Source of the DNA: an uncultured archaeon
GTDB taxonomy: Archaea > Iainarchaeota > Iainarchaeia > Iainarchaeales > 1-14-0-10-31-34
Assembly (NCBI GenBank): GCA_964608675.1
Contig: CAZSOZ010000001.1
Location: 1-64,000, forward strand
Reading direction: 5' to 3'
DNA: 64,000 nucleotides
Below the pieces are notes generated by a model, which saw only the letters and a program-made list of their open reading frames with translations, was not told the origin of the DNA and ran no database searches. Positions 28,101 through 36,165 of this stretch are shown here, piece by piece. Position 1 is the stretch's first letter. Each line of letters starts with the position of its first letter. The translations under genes and the position numbers were made by a program.

Positions 28101-29137
28101 TAGAAGAACCAGAAAAAATAGAAGAAAAATTGTTTGATGACCAAAACGAAATAGAAGAAATAAAAGATGAATTTGAAGAAGAAGGAAAAAAATTCGGAAA
28201 AGAAAAAAACGGAATTCTTTTAGGGCACTTGGAAAAACTTTTAGAAGAAAGAGCAATAAAAGTTAAAGTGAATGTTGCTTTGCCTGAAGCAGCAGAAAAA
28301 GCAGCAGCAACAAACGCAGACGGAGTAGGGTTATTAAGAGCAGAGCATATGATTACGCAGTCAGGAATGCATCCTGCAGAATTCATAAGAGAAAACAAAA
28401 AAGAAGAATTAATTCAGGCAGTAAAAAAAGGAATAAAAAAAGTTGCAGAATTATTTAAAGGAAAACCAGTGTGGTATAGAACTTTTGATGCAAGAAGCGA
28501 TGAATTCAGAAACCTTAAAGGCGGAGAAAAAGAACCAGAAGAAGACAATCCAATGATTGGATGGCATGGAATAAGAAGAAGTTTGGATGAACCTGAAATA
28601 ATTAAAGCAGAATTCACTGCAATAAAAGAATTAACAGAAGAAGGATTTAATAATTTAGGAGTAATGCTTCCTTTTGTAATCAGTGCCTCAGAATTAAAAA
28701 AAGCAAAAGAATTAGCAAAAGAAACAGGATTAATTCCAGGAAAAGACGTGCGGTTTGGAGTAATGATTGAAACTCCTGCTTCAGTATGGGGAATAGACGA
28801 ATTAATAGAAGAAGGAATTGATTTTGTTTCATTCGGAACAAATGATTTAACTCAATTGACTTTAGGGATTGATAGAAACAACGAACACATTCAAAAAATG
28901 TTTAATGAACTGCATCCTGCAGTATTAAGAAGCTGTGAACACGTAATAAAAAAATGCAGTAAAGCAGGAGTAATGACTTCAATCTGCGGACAGGCGGCAT
29001 CCAACGAAGAAATGGTTGAAAAACTAGTGAAATATGGCATCAAATCTGTTTCAGCTAATATTGATGCAGTAGAAAACATTAAAAGACATGTATTGATATT
29101 AGAAAAAGAAGAATTACTGGAAAAACTTAAAAAATAA
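25199..29137 (+). CDS. ppsA: Phosphoenolpyruvate synthase precursor (intein-containing; about 793 aa mature)
   Basis: VGGKGANLGE, VAVRSSATAED|intein|SASFAGQ, GGRTCHAAIVSRELG phospho-His, GVGLLRAE, SFGTNDLTQ, SICGQA. Confidence 0.95.
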   Translation: MKNILWFREIKKEDIPSVGGKGANLGEMVNEAFPVPQGFVVTAQAYFRFIKEKGIEEEIISKIDAINVEKTEELEEKSREIRQLILKTPMNRRLEGEIKDSYSKMSERKIAFLSTREEEFVAVRSSATAEDLPSISENEHVLLKVDGKPVYNKISEIYKKIGEGKNLCLEVPAMKGNKIEWIKAESLFRHKANNENLYKIKTSTGREIVISPNHTLIALDEDKLEPKTLHISEMKKGMKVPVTAFVPEINYEKVIEIRDYLNGEKVVEENGKMMIKKNSTNWKIQKGFPKTIEITEDFAYFLGFYLAEGSTYKNSMVSLTNSNNKLLDKAKIFLKETGIYKKQKINKGSIRVYCPLLVRFLHETSGKPTEKKGKGKLCSVKKIPDFVFGWKKENIAALLRGCFDGDGTVSKTGVSYCTTSKMLAGGMLKLLEILQINFYINQKRNAFNINIASQDMQKFSELIGFEHEKKQHKLNKLIKEYKKKEKHPEFKYNLNVSEELSKKIMQEIEKKLPKEEFEILLCKKCGNKTEQTSYYKNKKRYFCKNCKKAFYEEEVKKEKTEKHIYFDEKGRFIKGATPWNYGSMLGKHTLNALEKKAKKYGIENMFEIFKGTVKWDEVKEITPVKYAGWVYDFTVPGVENFASGLGGIITHNSASFAGQQETFLNVKGRTEVLEAVKRCWASLFTARAVYYRKRQGFRTEQVGIAVVVQKMVDSETAGIMFTAEPTGDPSKMVIEAGYGLGEAVVSGSITPDTYTIEKGTFKIIEKKIAKQEWSIERSGTGNKKVDVPKAKQMKQKLDDKHIIQLAKIGRQIENHYKKAMDIEWALENNHLYIVQARPITTMGIKKMIDKRKEIKTTEKPIASGLKASPGIASAKAVIIPDVKNAGKVKEGDIIVTEMTNPDWVPIMEKAKAIITEEGGRTCHAAIVSRELGIPCVVGVENAMQKIKDRELITVDGFNGLIYRGKIELEEPEKIEEKLFDDQNEIEEIKDEFEEEGKKFGKEKNGILLGHLEKLLEERAIKVKVNVALPEAAEKAAATNADGVGLLRAEHMITQSGMHPAEFIRENKKEELIQAVKKGIKKVAELFKGKPVWYRTFDARSDEFRNLKGGEKEPEEDNPMIGWHGIRRSLDEPEIIKAEFTAIKELTEEGFNNLGVMLPFVISASELKKAKELAKETGLIPGKDVRFGVMIETPASVWGIDELIEEGIDFVSFGTNDLTQLTLGIDRNNEHIQKMFNELHPAVLRSCEHVIKKCSKAGVMTSICGQAASNEEMVEKLVKYGIKSVSANIDAVENIKRHVLILEKEELLEKLKK
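25598..27154 (+). mobile_element. Intein (519 aa) with LAGLIDADG homing endonuclease in ppsA
   Basis: Starts SISENEHV after AEDLP; block B SPNH; FLGFYLAEGS and LLRGCFDGDG; block F VYDFTVPGVENF; ends THN followed by +1 Ser. Excision restores AEDLP-SASFAGQ. Confidence 0.93.
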
Positions 29138-29189
29138 AGAATTTAAGTTTTTGGCTAAATTTAAATAGTTAATTTTACCTTATTCTGTA

Positions 29190-30143
29190 ATGCTTAAACT
29201 GGATATAAAGAAAGCAATAAATGAAATCAAAAAGAAAAAAGCAAAAACTGTTGTTCTTCAATTGCCTGAAGGCTTAAAAGGAAAAACACTTGAAATAATT
29301 GAAAGAATTGAAGGAAAAACAAAAGCAAAAGTTATAACAGTAATGGATCCTGTTTGGGGGGCATGCGATTTAGCTGAACAAGAAATGAAAAAATTTAATG
29401 CAGATTTATTGATTCATTTAGGGCACGAAAAATACTGTGATTCAAAAATAAAAACAGTTTATGTGCCTTTAGAGTATTCAGTGAAAGAAATTGATTTTAA
29501 TAAACTAAAAAGAATGCTGGAAAACGAAAAAATAAAAAAAATTGGTTTAGTTTGTGCAGTACAATTTTATAATATAATGAAAGAAACAGAAAAAGGATTA
29601 AAAAACAAAAAATTCAAAGTTTTTATTGGAGAAGGCGGAGAAAGAATTGCAGTTAAAGGACAAGTTTTAGGATGCGATCAGAGTTCAGCAAAAAAAATAG
29701 AAAAAAAAGTTGACGGATTCCTGTATATAGGAGACGGATTATTTCATGCTTTAGGAGTGGGAATTGCAACCGACAAAAAAGTTTTGATTTTTAATCCGTT
29801 AACAAAAGAAATAAAAGACATAAAAGAAGAAAAAGAAGTTTATATCAGGAAAAGATATGGAAGCATTGCAAGAGCAATGAAAGCAAAAATCTTTGGAATA
29901 CTGGTAAGCAGAAAAAAAGGGCAATTCAAAAAAGAAATTGCTTTGGATTTAAAGAAAAAAATTGAAAAAAAAGGATTAAAAGCATTTGTTTTTTCAATGG
30001 ATTTCATTAAATCAGAATATTTAATGGGAGTAAATGTTGACTGTTATATTAATACTGCGTGTCCAAGAATAGTCGAAGACAATTTAAACAACAAGCCTGT
30101 ATTGAATCCAGAAGAAGCATATGAAGTATTGGAAAAAATTTAA
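29190..30143 (+). CDS. dph2: Diphthamide biosynthesis protein Dph2
   Basis: QLPEGL, WGACD, GQVLGC, GDGLFH, TACPR (three Fe-S Cys). Confidence 0.95.
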   Translation: MLKLDIKKAINEIKKKKAKTVVLQLPEGLKGKTLEIIERIEGKTKAKVITVMDPVWGACDLAEQEMKKFNADLLIHLGHEKYCDSKIKTVYVPLEYSVKEIDFNKLKRMLENEKIKKIGLVCAVQFYNIMKETEKGLKNKKFKVFIGEGGERIAVKGQVLGCDQSSAKKIEKKVDGFLYIGDGLFHALGVGIATDKKVLIFNPLTKEIKDIKEEKEVYIRKRYGSIARAMKAKIFGILVSRKKGQFKKEIALDLKKKIEKKGLKAFVFSMDFIKSEYLMGVNVDCYINTACPRIVEDNLNNKPVLNPEEAYEVLEKI

Positions 30144-30916
30144 TTTTCTTCTGATTCATCAACTGATTCAATTATTGTTCCTGTGAATTCATTTCCTTTA
30201 ACTGCATTCTCAAAATTCATTAAATCGTCCATATTTAAAACAAAAGTAGTTATTTTGCTTCGGTTTAAAATCATGCATGTAAAAGCATCCAAAATCATGT
30301 TTTCTCCTGGATTTCTTGAATCATGTTTTGTTATTAATCTCATTAATTTTTCGTGGTTCATTCTAGGAATTAATTTTGCGTTCTTTGAATGCTTGGGGTC
30401 AACATTATAAACTCCGTTCTGATTAGATAAATTAATAAAAATGCCTCCAATGTATTCTGCAATGCTTGCAGCAACCGTGTCAGTAGTAAAACCAGGAATA
30501 AGGCCTCCAAAAACAGGGATTTTTTTTGTTTCAAGAAGGTCGTGAATTTTTTTTACGTCAGTTAACACGTCAGGAAAAGCGTCATCAAAAGCCTGAATTA
30601 ACATTAAAGCATTCAATCGTGTAACAGTTATTGCTATTTCATCTAATACAAAATTGTTTTCTACTCCAAGAGTTTTAGCTGTAGCAATATAATCTCTTGC
30701 AATTTTTCCGCCTCCTGCAACCAAAACAAATTCAAAGCCTTCTTTTTTTAATTGATTCACAGAATTAGCAAATTTTGCAATCAAAGTAGCATTTAATTTT
30801 TCTTGTGCAATCATTGAACCGCCAACAGAAACAACGATTACTGGTTTTTCTACTTCCTCTGAAGAAGAATTTTGAGTTTGATTTTCTTCATGAAAATTTT
30901 CAAACATGTCAAACAT
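30140..30916 (-). CDS. pyrH: UMP kinase
   Basis: VGGS, GGGKIAR.YI, PGFTTDTVAA, GVY..DPK. Confidence 0.92.
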   Translation of the reverse strand: MFDMFENFHEENQTQNSSSEEVEKPVIVVSVGGSMIAQEKLNATLIAKFANSVNQLKKEGFEFVLVAGGGKIARDYIATAKTLGVENNFVLDEIAITVTRLNALMLIQAFDDAFPDVLTDVKKIHDLLETKKIPVFGGLIPGFTTDTVAASIAEYIGGIFINLSNQNGVYNVDPKHSKNAKLIPRMNHEKLMRLITKHDSRNPGENMILDAFTCMILNRSKITTFVLNMDDLMNFENAVKGNEFTGTIIESVDESEEN

Positions 30917-31009
30917 TCAAATCAATATAAAGTAAAGAGAACAAGTATAAAAAGATATTTTTTCTTAAGTATTAATGAAACTGCTTTTTATTTTTGAAAG
31001 TGATTTATT

Positions 31010-32233
31010 ATGAGTGAAGTAAATGATTCAATAGAAATATTCAGAAAAAAACTAAAAAAATTAAAGAAATTTAAAGGAAGAGGAACAGAATTAATCAGCC
31101 TTTATATTCCAGAAGACGCAGACAGAAGCCAGGTAATGGGTCAAATCACAGAAGAATTAAGTCAAAGCGCAAACATAAAAAGCCCGCAGACAAGAAAAAA
31201 CGTTCAGGGAGCACTAAGAAAAATTGATACTTTTTTGAAAAACATTAATTTTAATATTCCAAAAAACGGGTTAGTGTTATTTTGTGGAAACATAAGCGAA
31301 ACAGAAGGAAAAACAGACTTAAAAATGTTTCCTGTTAATCCTGTCAAACAATTAAAAACAAAATTGTATTGGTGTGATTCAAGTTTTCATTTGAATCCAT
31401 TGGAAGAAATGCAGAAAACAAAAGAAGTTTATGCATTAATCGTTTTGGATAAAAGAGAAGCAACAGTTGCAATTCTAAAAGGAAAAAGCTATGAAATTGC
31501 AGGGCATTTTACTTCCAATGTTGCAGGAAAAACCCGTGCAGGAGGACAAAGTTCTGTAAGATTTGAAAGACTAAGAGAAGAAGCAACACAAGATTTCTTT
31601 AAAAAAACAAGCGAAAAAATCAACAGGATTTTTGAAGAATACGGAGAAAACCTTAAAGGAGTAATTATCGGAGGCCCGGGAATAACAAAAAACAAGTTTT
31701 TAGAAAAAGGCGCATTGGATTACAGAATGAAAGAAAAAATAATTGGAACACTTGATACTTCTTATACAGATGAATCAGGAATAAGAGAAATGATTCAAAA
31801 ATCAGAAGAACTATTAAAAGATACTGCTTTAATGAAAGAAAAAAGTTTATTGAATAAATTCATGGAAGAAATAGTAAAAGACGGTCTTGTAGCTTACGGA
31901 GAAAAAGAAGTAATGGAAGCCTTAAAAATAGGAAAAGCAGAAACAATAATTCTTTCAGAAGGAATTGAATGGACTGCAGTAAAATTCAAATGCCTTGCCT
32001 GTAATAATATCGAAGAATTAATCATAAAAAAAGGAAAAAAACCTAAACTGGAATGCACTAAATGTGATTCAAGCAAAGTAGAAGAACTAGAAGAATTAGA
32101 GTACGCAGAATTCATAGAAGAAAAAGCAAAAAATACAAGCGCTAAACTGAAAATAATTTCTTTGGAAACCCCTGAAGGAGAACAATTCTTTAAAGGTTTT
32201 GGAGGAATCGGCGCATTTTTAAGATACAAATAA
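31010..32233 (+). CDS. prf1: Peptide chain release factor aRF1
   Basis: GTELISLYIP, NIKS, YxCD..F, GGQS, GFGGIGAFLRY. Confidence 0.97.
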   Translation: MSEVNDSIEIFRKKLKKLKKFKGRGTELISLYIPEDADRSQVMGQITEELSQSANIKSPQTRKNVQGALRKIDTFLKNINFNIPKNGLVLFCGNISETEGKTDLKMFPVNPVKQLKTKLYWCDSSFHLNPLEEMQKTKEVYALIVLDKREATVAILKGKSYEIAGHFTSNVAGKTRAGGQSSVRFERLREEATQDFFKKTSEKINRIFEEYGENLKGVIIGGPGITKNKFLEKGALDYRMKEKIIGTLDTSYTDESGIREMIQKSEELLKDTALMKEKSLLNKFMEEIVKDGLVAYGEKEVMEALKIGKAETIILSEGIEWTAVKFKCLACNNIEELIIKKGKKPKLECTKCDSSKVEELEELEYAEFIEEKAKNTSAKLKIISLETPEGEQFFKGFGGIGAFLRYK

Positions 32234-32248
32234 AAAAAATGATTTTTA

Positions 32249-33490
32249 ATGGAAAACGAATTCTATTCAACCAAAACAAAAGGAATAAACGGAAGAATAA
32301 AAGAAAGAATAAAAGACTTCAAAGTAATTGAAGCAGATGAAAAAGGAAAAGACTGCATTTTATGGCTTAACGAAGAAAACTTGGATAAACATGAAGAATT
32401 AATTGTTCCTGAAAATGAAAACCAATGCAAGTTTTTATGGATGGAAATGCAGAAATTTAATTTAGATATAAATGAAGCAATAAGAAGGATTGCAAGATTT
32501 AACAGGGTTTCAAAAAAAAGAATTACTTTTGCAGGAGTAAAAGACAAAAGAGCAGTTACTTCGCAAAAAATCTGTTTTTTTAAGCCTGAAACCGCAAGAC
32601 TGAAAGAATTCAAAAGCAAATTCATAAAATTATCTAATGCTGAATGGAAAAAAGAAAAACTAAGAATTGGAATGCTGAAAGGAAACAAATTTGAAATAAC
32701 AATAAGGCAGATTGAATTAACAAAAAATGAAACACAAAAAAGAATAAAAGACTGCTTTAAAGAAATGGAAAAAGGAATAGCAAATTATTTCGGAGAACAA
32801 AGATTCGGAGGAATAAGAAAAGTAAGCCATTTAGTGGGCAAAGAATTCATTAAAGGAAATTTTGAGAAAGCAGTAATGCTTTATTTGACTGCAACAAATG
32901 AATTAGAAGAAAAAGAAATTCAAAAAGCAAGAAAAGAATTGAAAGAAACAAAAGATTTTAGAAAAGCAATTAAAGATTTTCCTGGAAAATTTCGGTACGA
33001 AAGAGGAATCTTAAACCAATTAATAAAAGAACCTGATGACTTCATTAAAGCTTTCAGAGTACTTCCAAAAAATTTAAGGTATTTGTTTGTGCATGCTTAT
33101 CAAAGCTATTTATTTAACAAAATAATAAAAGAAAGAATAAAACAGGGAATAGGACTAAAAAAAACAAAAGAAGATATTCTGATTAATGGGATTCCATCTG
33201 CTCCTTTAATAGGATTTCAAACGGTTTTTGCAGAAGGAAAAATAGGAAAAATAGAAAAAGAAATACTTGAAAAAGAAAAAATTGAATTAAAGCAGTTTTA
33301 TGTTAAAGACATGAAAGAAATGTCTTCAAAAGGAACAAGAAAAGAAATTGTTTTGTTTCCTGAAAACCTGAAATTAAAGGAGATTTCAGAAGATGAATTC
33401 AGTCAAGGAAAATTAAAAACGTGCATAAGCTTTTATTTAAGTAAAGGCAATTATGGTACTACTGTATTAAAAGAAATAATGAAGGATTAA
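32249..33490 (+). CDS. truD: tRNA pseudouridine(13) synthase
   Basis: AGVKDKRAVTSQ, GNKFEI, NYFGEQRFG, HAYQSYLFN. Confidence 0.95.
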   Translation: MENEFYSTKTKGINGRIKERIKDFKVIEADEKGKDCILWLNEENLDKHEELIVPENENQCKFLWMEMQKFNLDINEAIRRIARFNRVSKKRITFAGVKDKRAVTSQKICFFKPETARLKEFKSKFIKLSNAEWKKEKLRIGMLKGNKFEITIRQIELTKNETQKRIKDCFKEMEKGIANYFGEQRFGGIRKVSHLVGKEFIKGNFEKAVMLYLTATNELEEKEIQKARKELKETKDFRKAIKDFPGKFRYERGILNQLIKEPDDFIKAFRVLPKNLRYLFVHAYQSYLFNKIIKERIKQGIGLKKTKEDILINGIPSAPLIGFQTVFAEGKIGKIEKEILEKEKIELKQFYVKDMKEMSSKGTRKEIVLFPENLKLKEISEDEFSQGKLKTCISFYLSKGNYGTTVLKEIMKD

Positions 33491-33491
33491 C

Positions 33492-34445
33492 ATGAATGAA
33501 TTAATTTACTTTGGTTTTTCTCTTGGTTTAAGCTTGATTGGAATTCATTTTTTTGAAAAATACAGCAGAAAAAAAGATTTTTTTTTAGGAATAGACATAA
33601 ACAAAAAACACCAAAATAAAACCCCTGAAGCAACAGGAATAATTTTATTGTTTGTTTTATGGGTTTCCGTTCTTGCAGTAAATTTAATTGAAGGAATTAA
33701 AATTGAAAGCTTTTATTGGATGGCATTAATAACTGTTTTTTCTTTAGTCGGATTTGTGGATGACACTGCAAGCAAATGGAAAAAAAATCCTTTAGGATGG
33801 AAAGAAAGAGCTTTGCCTGTAATACTTGCATCAATTGCTTTTGGCTGGCTTGTTTCAGGAGAAATTATTTCAGCTGTAATAATTGGATTATTTGCAGGAG
33901 TTTTTTCTTCTTTTCATAACAGTTTTGCTGGATTAAACGGATGGGAAGTTGGCTCAAGTTATTTGATAGCGTTATTCACTGCGTTTTTATTAATAGGTTC
34001 AGGTTTGTTTATTTATTCAATTATAGTTTTAGGAATAATACTTGGATTACTTATATTTAATGTTTATCCTGCACGGGTTTTTCCCGGCGATTCAGGAACA
34101 CTTTTAATAGGAAGTTCTTTAAGTGGATTAATTGCATTAACTTTGCAGAAAGAATTGTTGGTTGTTTTTGCTTTATTTTATGTTCCTCATTTAATTGATT
34201 TTTTACTTAAATTAATCACAAATCCAAAAGATATGACTCAAGCCAAAACCAAACCATACAAAGTGCTTGAAAATGAAAGACTTGGAATTCCAGATTACCC
34301 AAAAAAAACAAAATACGATTTTGCAAAATTAATCATAAAATTTTTTGGACCCTTAAAAGAATGGAAAATTGTTTTAATTATTTGGATTTTAACTGCATTA
34401 AATTCAATAATTTGGTTGATTGCATTCAATAAACTTGTTCTTTGA
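33492..34445 (+). CDS. Glycosyltransferase family 4 (UDP-GlcNAc:polyprenol-P GlcNAc-1-P transferase, AglH/MraY-like)
   Basis: GIDINK..PEATG, GFVDD, AGLNG.E, FNVYPARVFPGDSG. Confidence 0.85.
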   Translation: MNELIYFGFSLGLSLIGIHFFEKYSRKKDFFLGIDINKKHQNKTPEATGIILLFVLWVSVLAVNLIEGIKIESFYWMALITVFSLVGFVDDTASKWKKNPLGWKERALPVILASIAFGWLVSGEIISAVIIGLFAGVFSSFHNSFAGLNGWEVGSSYLIALFTAFLLIGSGLFIYSIIVLGIILGLLIFNVYPARVFPGDSGTLLIGSSLSGLIALTLQKELLVVFALFYVPHLIDFLLKLITNPKDMTQAKTKPYKVLENERLGIPDYPKKTKYDFAKLIIKFFGPLKEWKIVLIIWILTALNSIIWLIAFNKLVL

Positions 34446-35430
34446 TTTCAATTCTGAATACAGCAGCAATCAGCAAACTGAAAACTGTGGGAATAACCAG
34501 CCTTACAAAATCAAATATAATTAATACTGCACCTATTTCAGGCAAAGAAAGAGTTTCATTTACAAACCAAGGAATAGAAAGAAACGTTAATCCAGCAAAT
34601 TCAACTAAACCAATGCCTCTAGGAAGAAAAGGAGTTCTTTCCAAAACAGAAATAATAATAAACAAAACAATTAAAGGAACAAAATCCAAAGAAATTTTAA
34701 CAGAAAAAAAACTGAACTGAAAAGCAAGAAATTCAAAACAATAAGAAATCAAAGAAATTAATAATACAAGGAAAAAAGACTTTAAAGTTAAATTCTTGAG
34801 GTTGCAGGAATAAGCAGTAAAAAATTTTTCAATTGAAGCAAACAAACTAATGTCTTTGGAAAAAAAATTCAAAAAAGAAATAATAATTGAACCGCATTTA
34901 TTGTTTAAAGGCAAAACAAAAAAAAGGATTGCAATAGTTATCACAAAAAAACCGCTTAATAAAGCAAAAAAAGTTGTGGAATCCAGTTCAGCTTTAGAAA
35001 TAAAAAAAATTAAAATAAAAACAAAAAAAATTGCAAGAATAATAAATTTTGTGCCTTTTGCAATCATAGAAGAAGAAATTGATTCATCATAAGGAACTTT
35101 AAAAAAACTCTTTAATTTCATTGAACGCAAAGCTTCTGCTCCAAGCTGAACAGGAGTTAACGCTCCATACAAGGAACTGAAACCAACAATAAAAAGATTA
35201 GAATAAGAAACACTTGATTTTTTTCTTATTAAAAAAGCCCAAGAAATAAGCCAAACAAAAACTGAAATAAGAAAAAAAAAGGCAGACAAAAAAAATAACA
35301 GCCAGTCAATTTTAAGGAGTTCCAAATGAGCATTAGTCCACCATAAAACAATTGAAATTACTGCAACAAAAAAAACCAGAGAAAAAATACTTTTTCTTAT
35401 GAAATTTTTCATCAAAAAAAACCTTTTCAA
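34426..35430 (-). CDS. UPF0104/flippase-like (lysylphosphatidylglycerol synthase TM-domain) membrane protein
   Basis: LTP...G.E..R, P..P.GIGLVE, R.....P motifs; multiple TM segments. Confidence 0.75.
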   Translation of the reverse strand: MKRFFLMKNFIRKSIFSLVFFVAVISIVLWWTNAHLELLKIDWLLFFLSAFFFLISVFVWLISWAFLIRKKSSVSYSNLFIVGFSSLYGALTPVQLGAEALRSMKLKSFFKVPYDESISSSMIAKGTKFIILAIFFVFILIFFISKAELDSTTFFALLSGFFVITIAILFFVLPLNNKCGSIIISFLNFFSKDISLFASIEKFFTAYSCNLKNLTLKSFFLVLLISLISYCFEFLAFQFSFFSVKISLDFVPLIVLFIIISVLERTPFLPRGIGLVEFAGLTFLSIPWFVNETLSLPEIGAVLIIFDFVRLVIPTVFSLLIAAVFRIEIKEQVY

Positions 35431-36044
35431 GAAGTAACAGAATGCAGTATTTCATTAATTTTGTTGATTATTTGATCTGAATCAGAATACATTGCAACAA
35501 ACAACTGCTGTAAAACAAGTGTTCCATCTTCAGATTTGGTTGTATTAATTACAAAAGAATTATTATACATTTCAACAGAAGGCTTAGATGAATTTTCTTC
35601 CGGAAATTTAACTACAAATTTAAAATCACTGGAATTTTCAAGAAAACTTTTGCATTGCCTTTTAGTTAACTGCTCGTTTTTTGATTTGTCTCCAAAATTA
35701 GTCTGACAATAATCTAAATTATTATTTTCATTCAAAACATAAACAACAGAAGAAATGTTTTTGTTTGTTGCAGAAAGAATTCCTGAAACCAAAGCAATCT
35801 GCTTTGAAACTTCAACTAAATTGCTTTTATCTGCATTAGTTTCAGAAACAAAAATAAATGAATTTCTTTCTTTAACTGTTTCAGAAAAATATTTTTGAGG
35901 AGAAGAAAAAGAATCAGAATAAAAAATTATTCCGTTTATTTCCTCTGAATAAACAAACTCTTGTTCAGGATAAAAAAAATAAATGCCTGCAAAAACAAAA
36001 ATAAAAAAAATCAAAATTAATGCAATTAAATTATTTTTTTCCAT
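35427..36044 (-). CDS. Hypothetical membrane-anchored exported protein
   Basis: Single N-terminal TM, polar domain with a Cys pair. Confidence 0.6.
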   Translation of the reverse strand: MEKNNLIALILIFFIFVFAGIYFFYPEQEFVYSEEINGIIFYSDSFSSPQKYFSETVKERNSFIFVSETNADKSNLVEVSKQIALVSGILSATNKNISSVVYVLNENNNLDYCQTNFGDKSKNEQLTKRQCKSFLENSSDFKFVVKFPEENSSKPSVEMYNNSFVINTTKSEDGTLVLQQLFVAMYSDSDQIINKINEILHSVTS

Positions 36045-36140
36045 AAAAATAAAATTCAACAAAAAAGATTTAAATCAATTGAATTAAAAAACAAAAAAAC
36101 TAAATAAGTTTAAAAAAAATTAAAAAAAAAAGAAAAAGAA

Positions 36141-36158
36141 AGTAGGGTAAACCCTACT
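36141..36158 (-). terminator. Stem-loop plus U-tract terminator of the S-layer gene
   Basis: AGTAGGGT-AA-ACCCTACT perfect inverted repeat 7 nt past the stop, followed on the minus strand by a long T-rich run. Confidence 0.7.
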
Positions 36159-36165
36159 GTTTTAT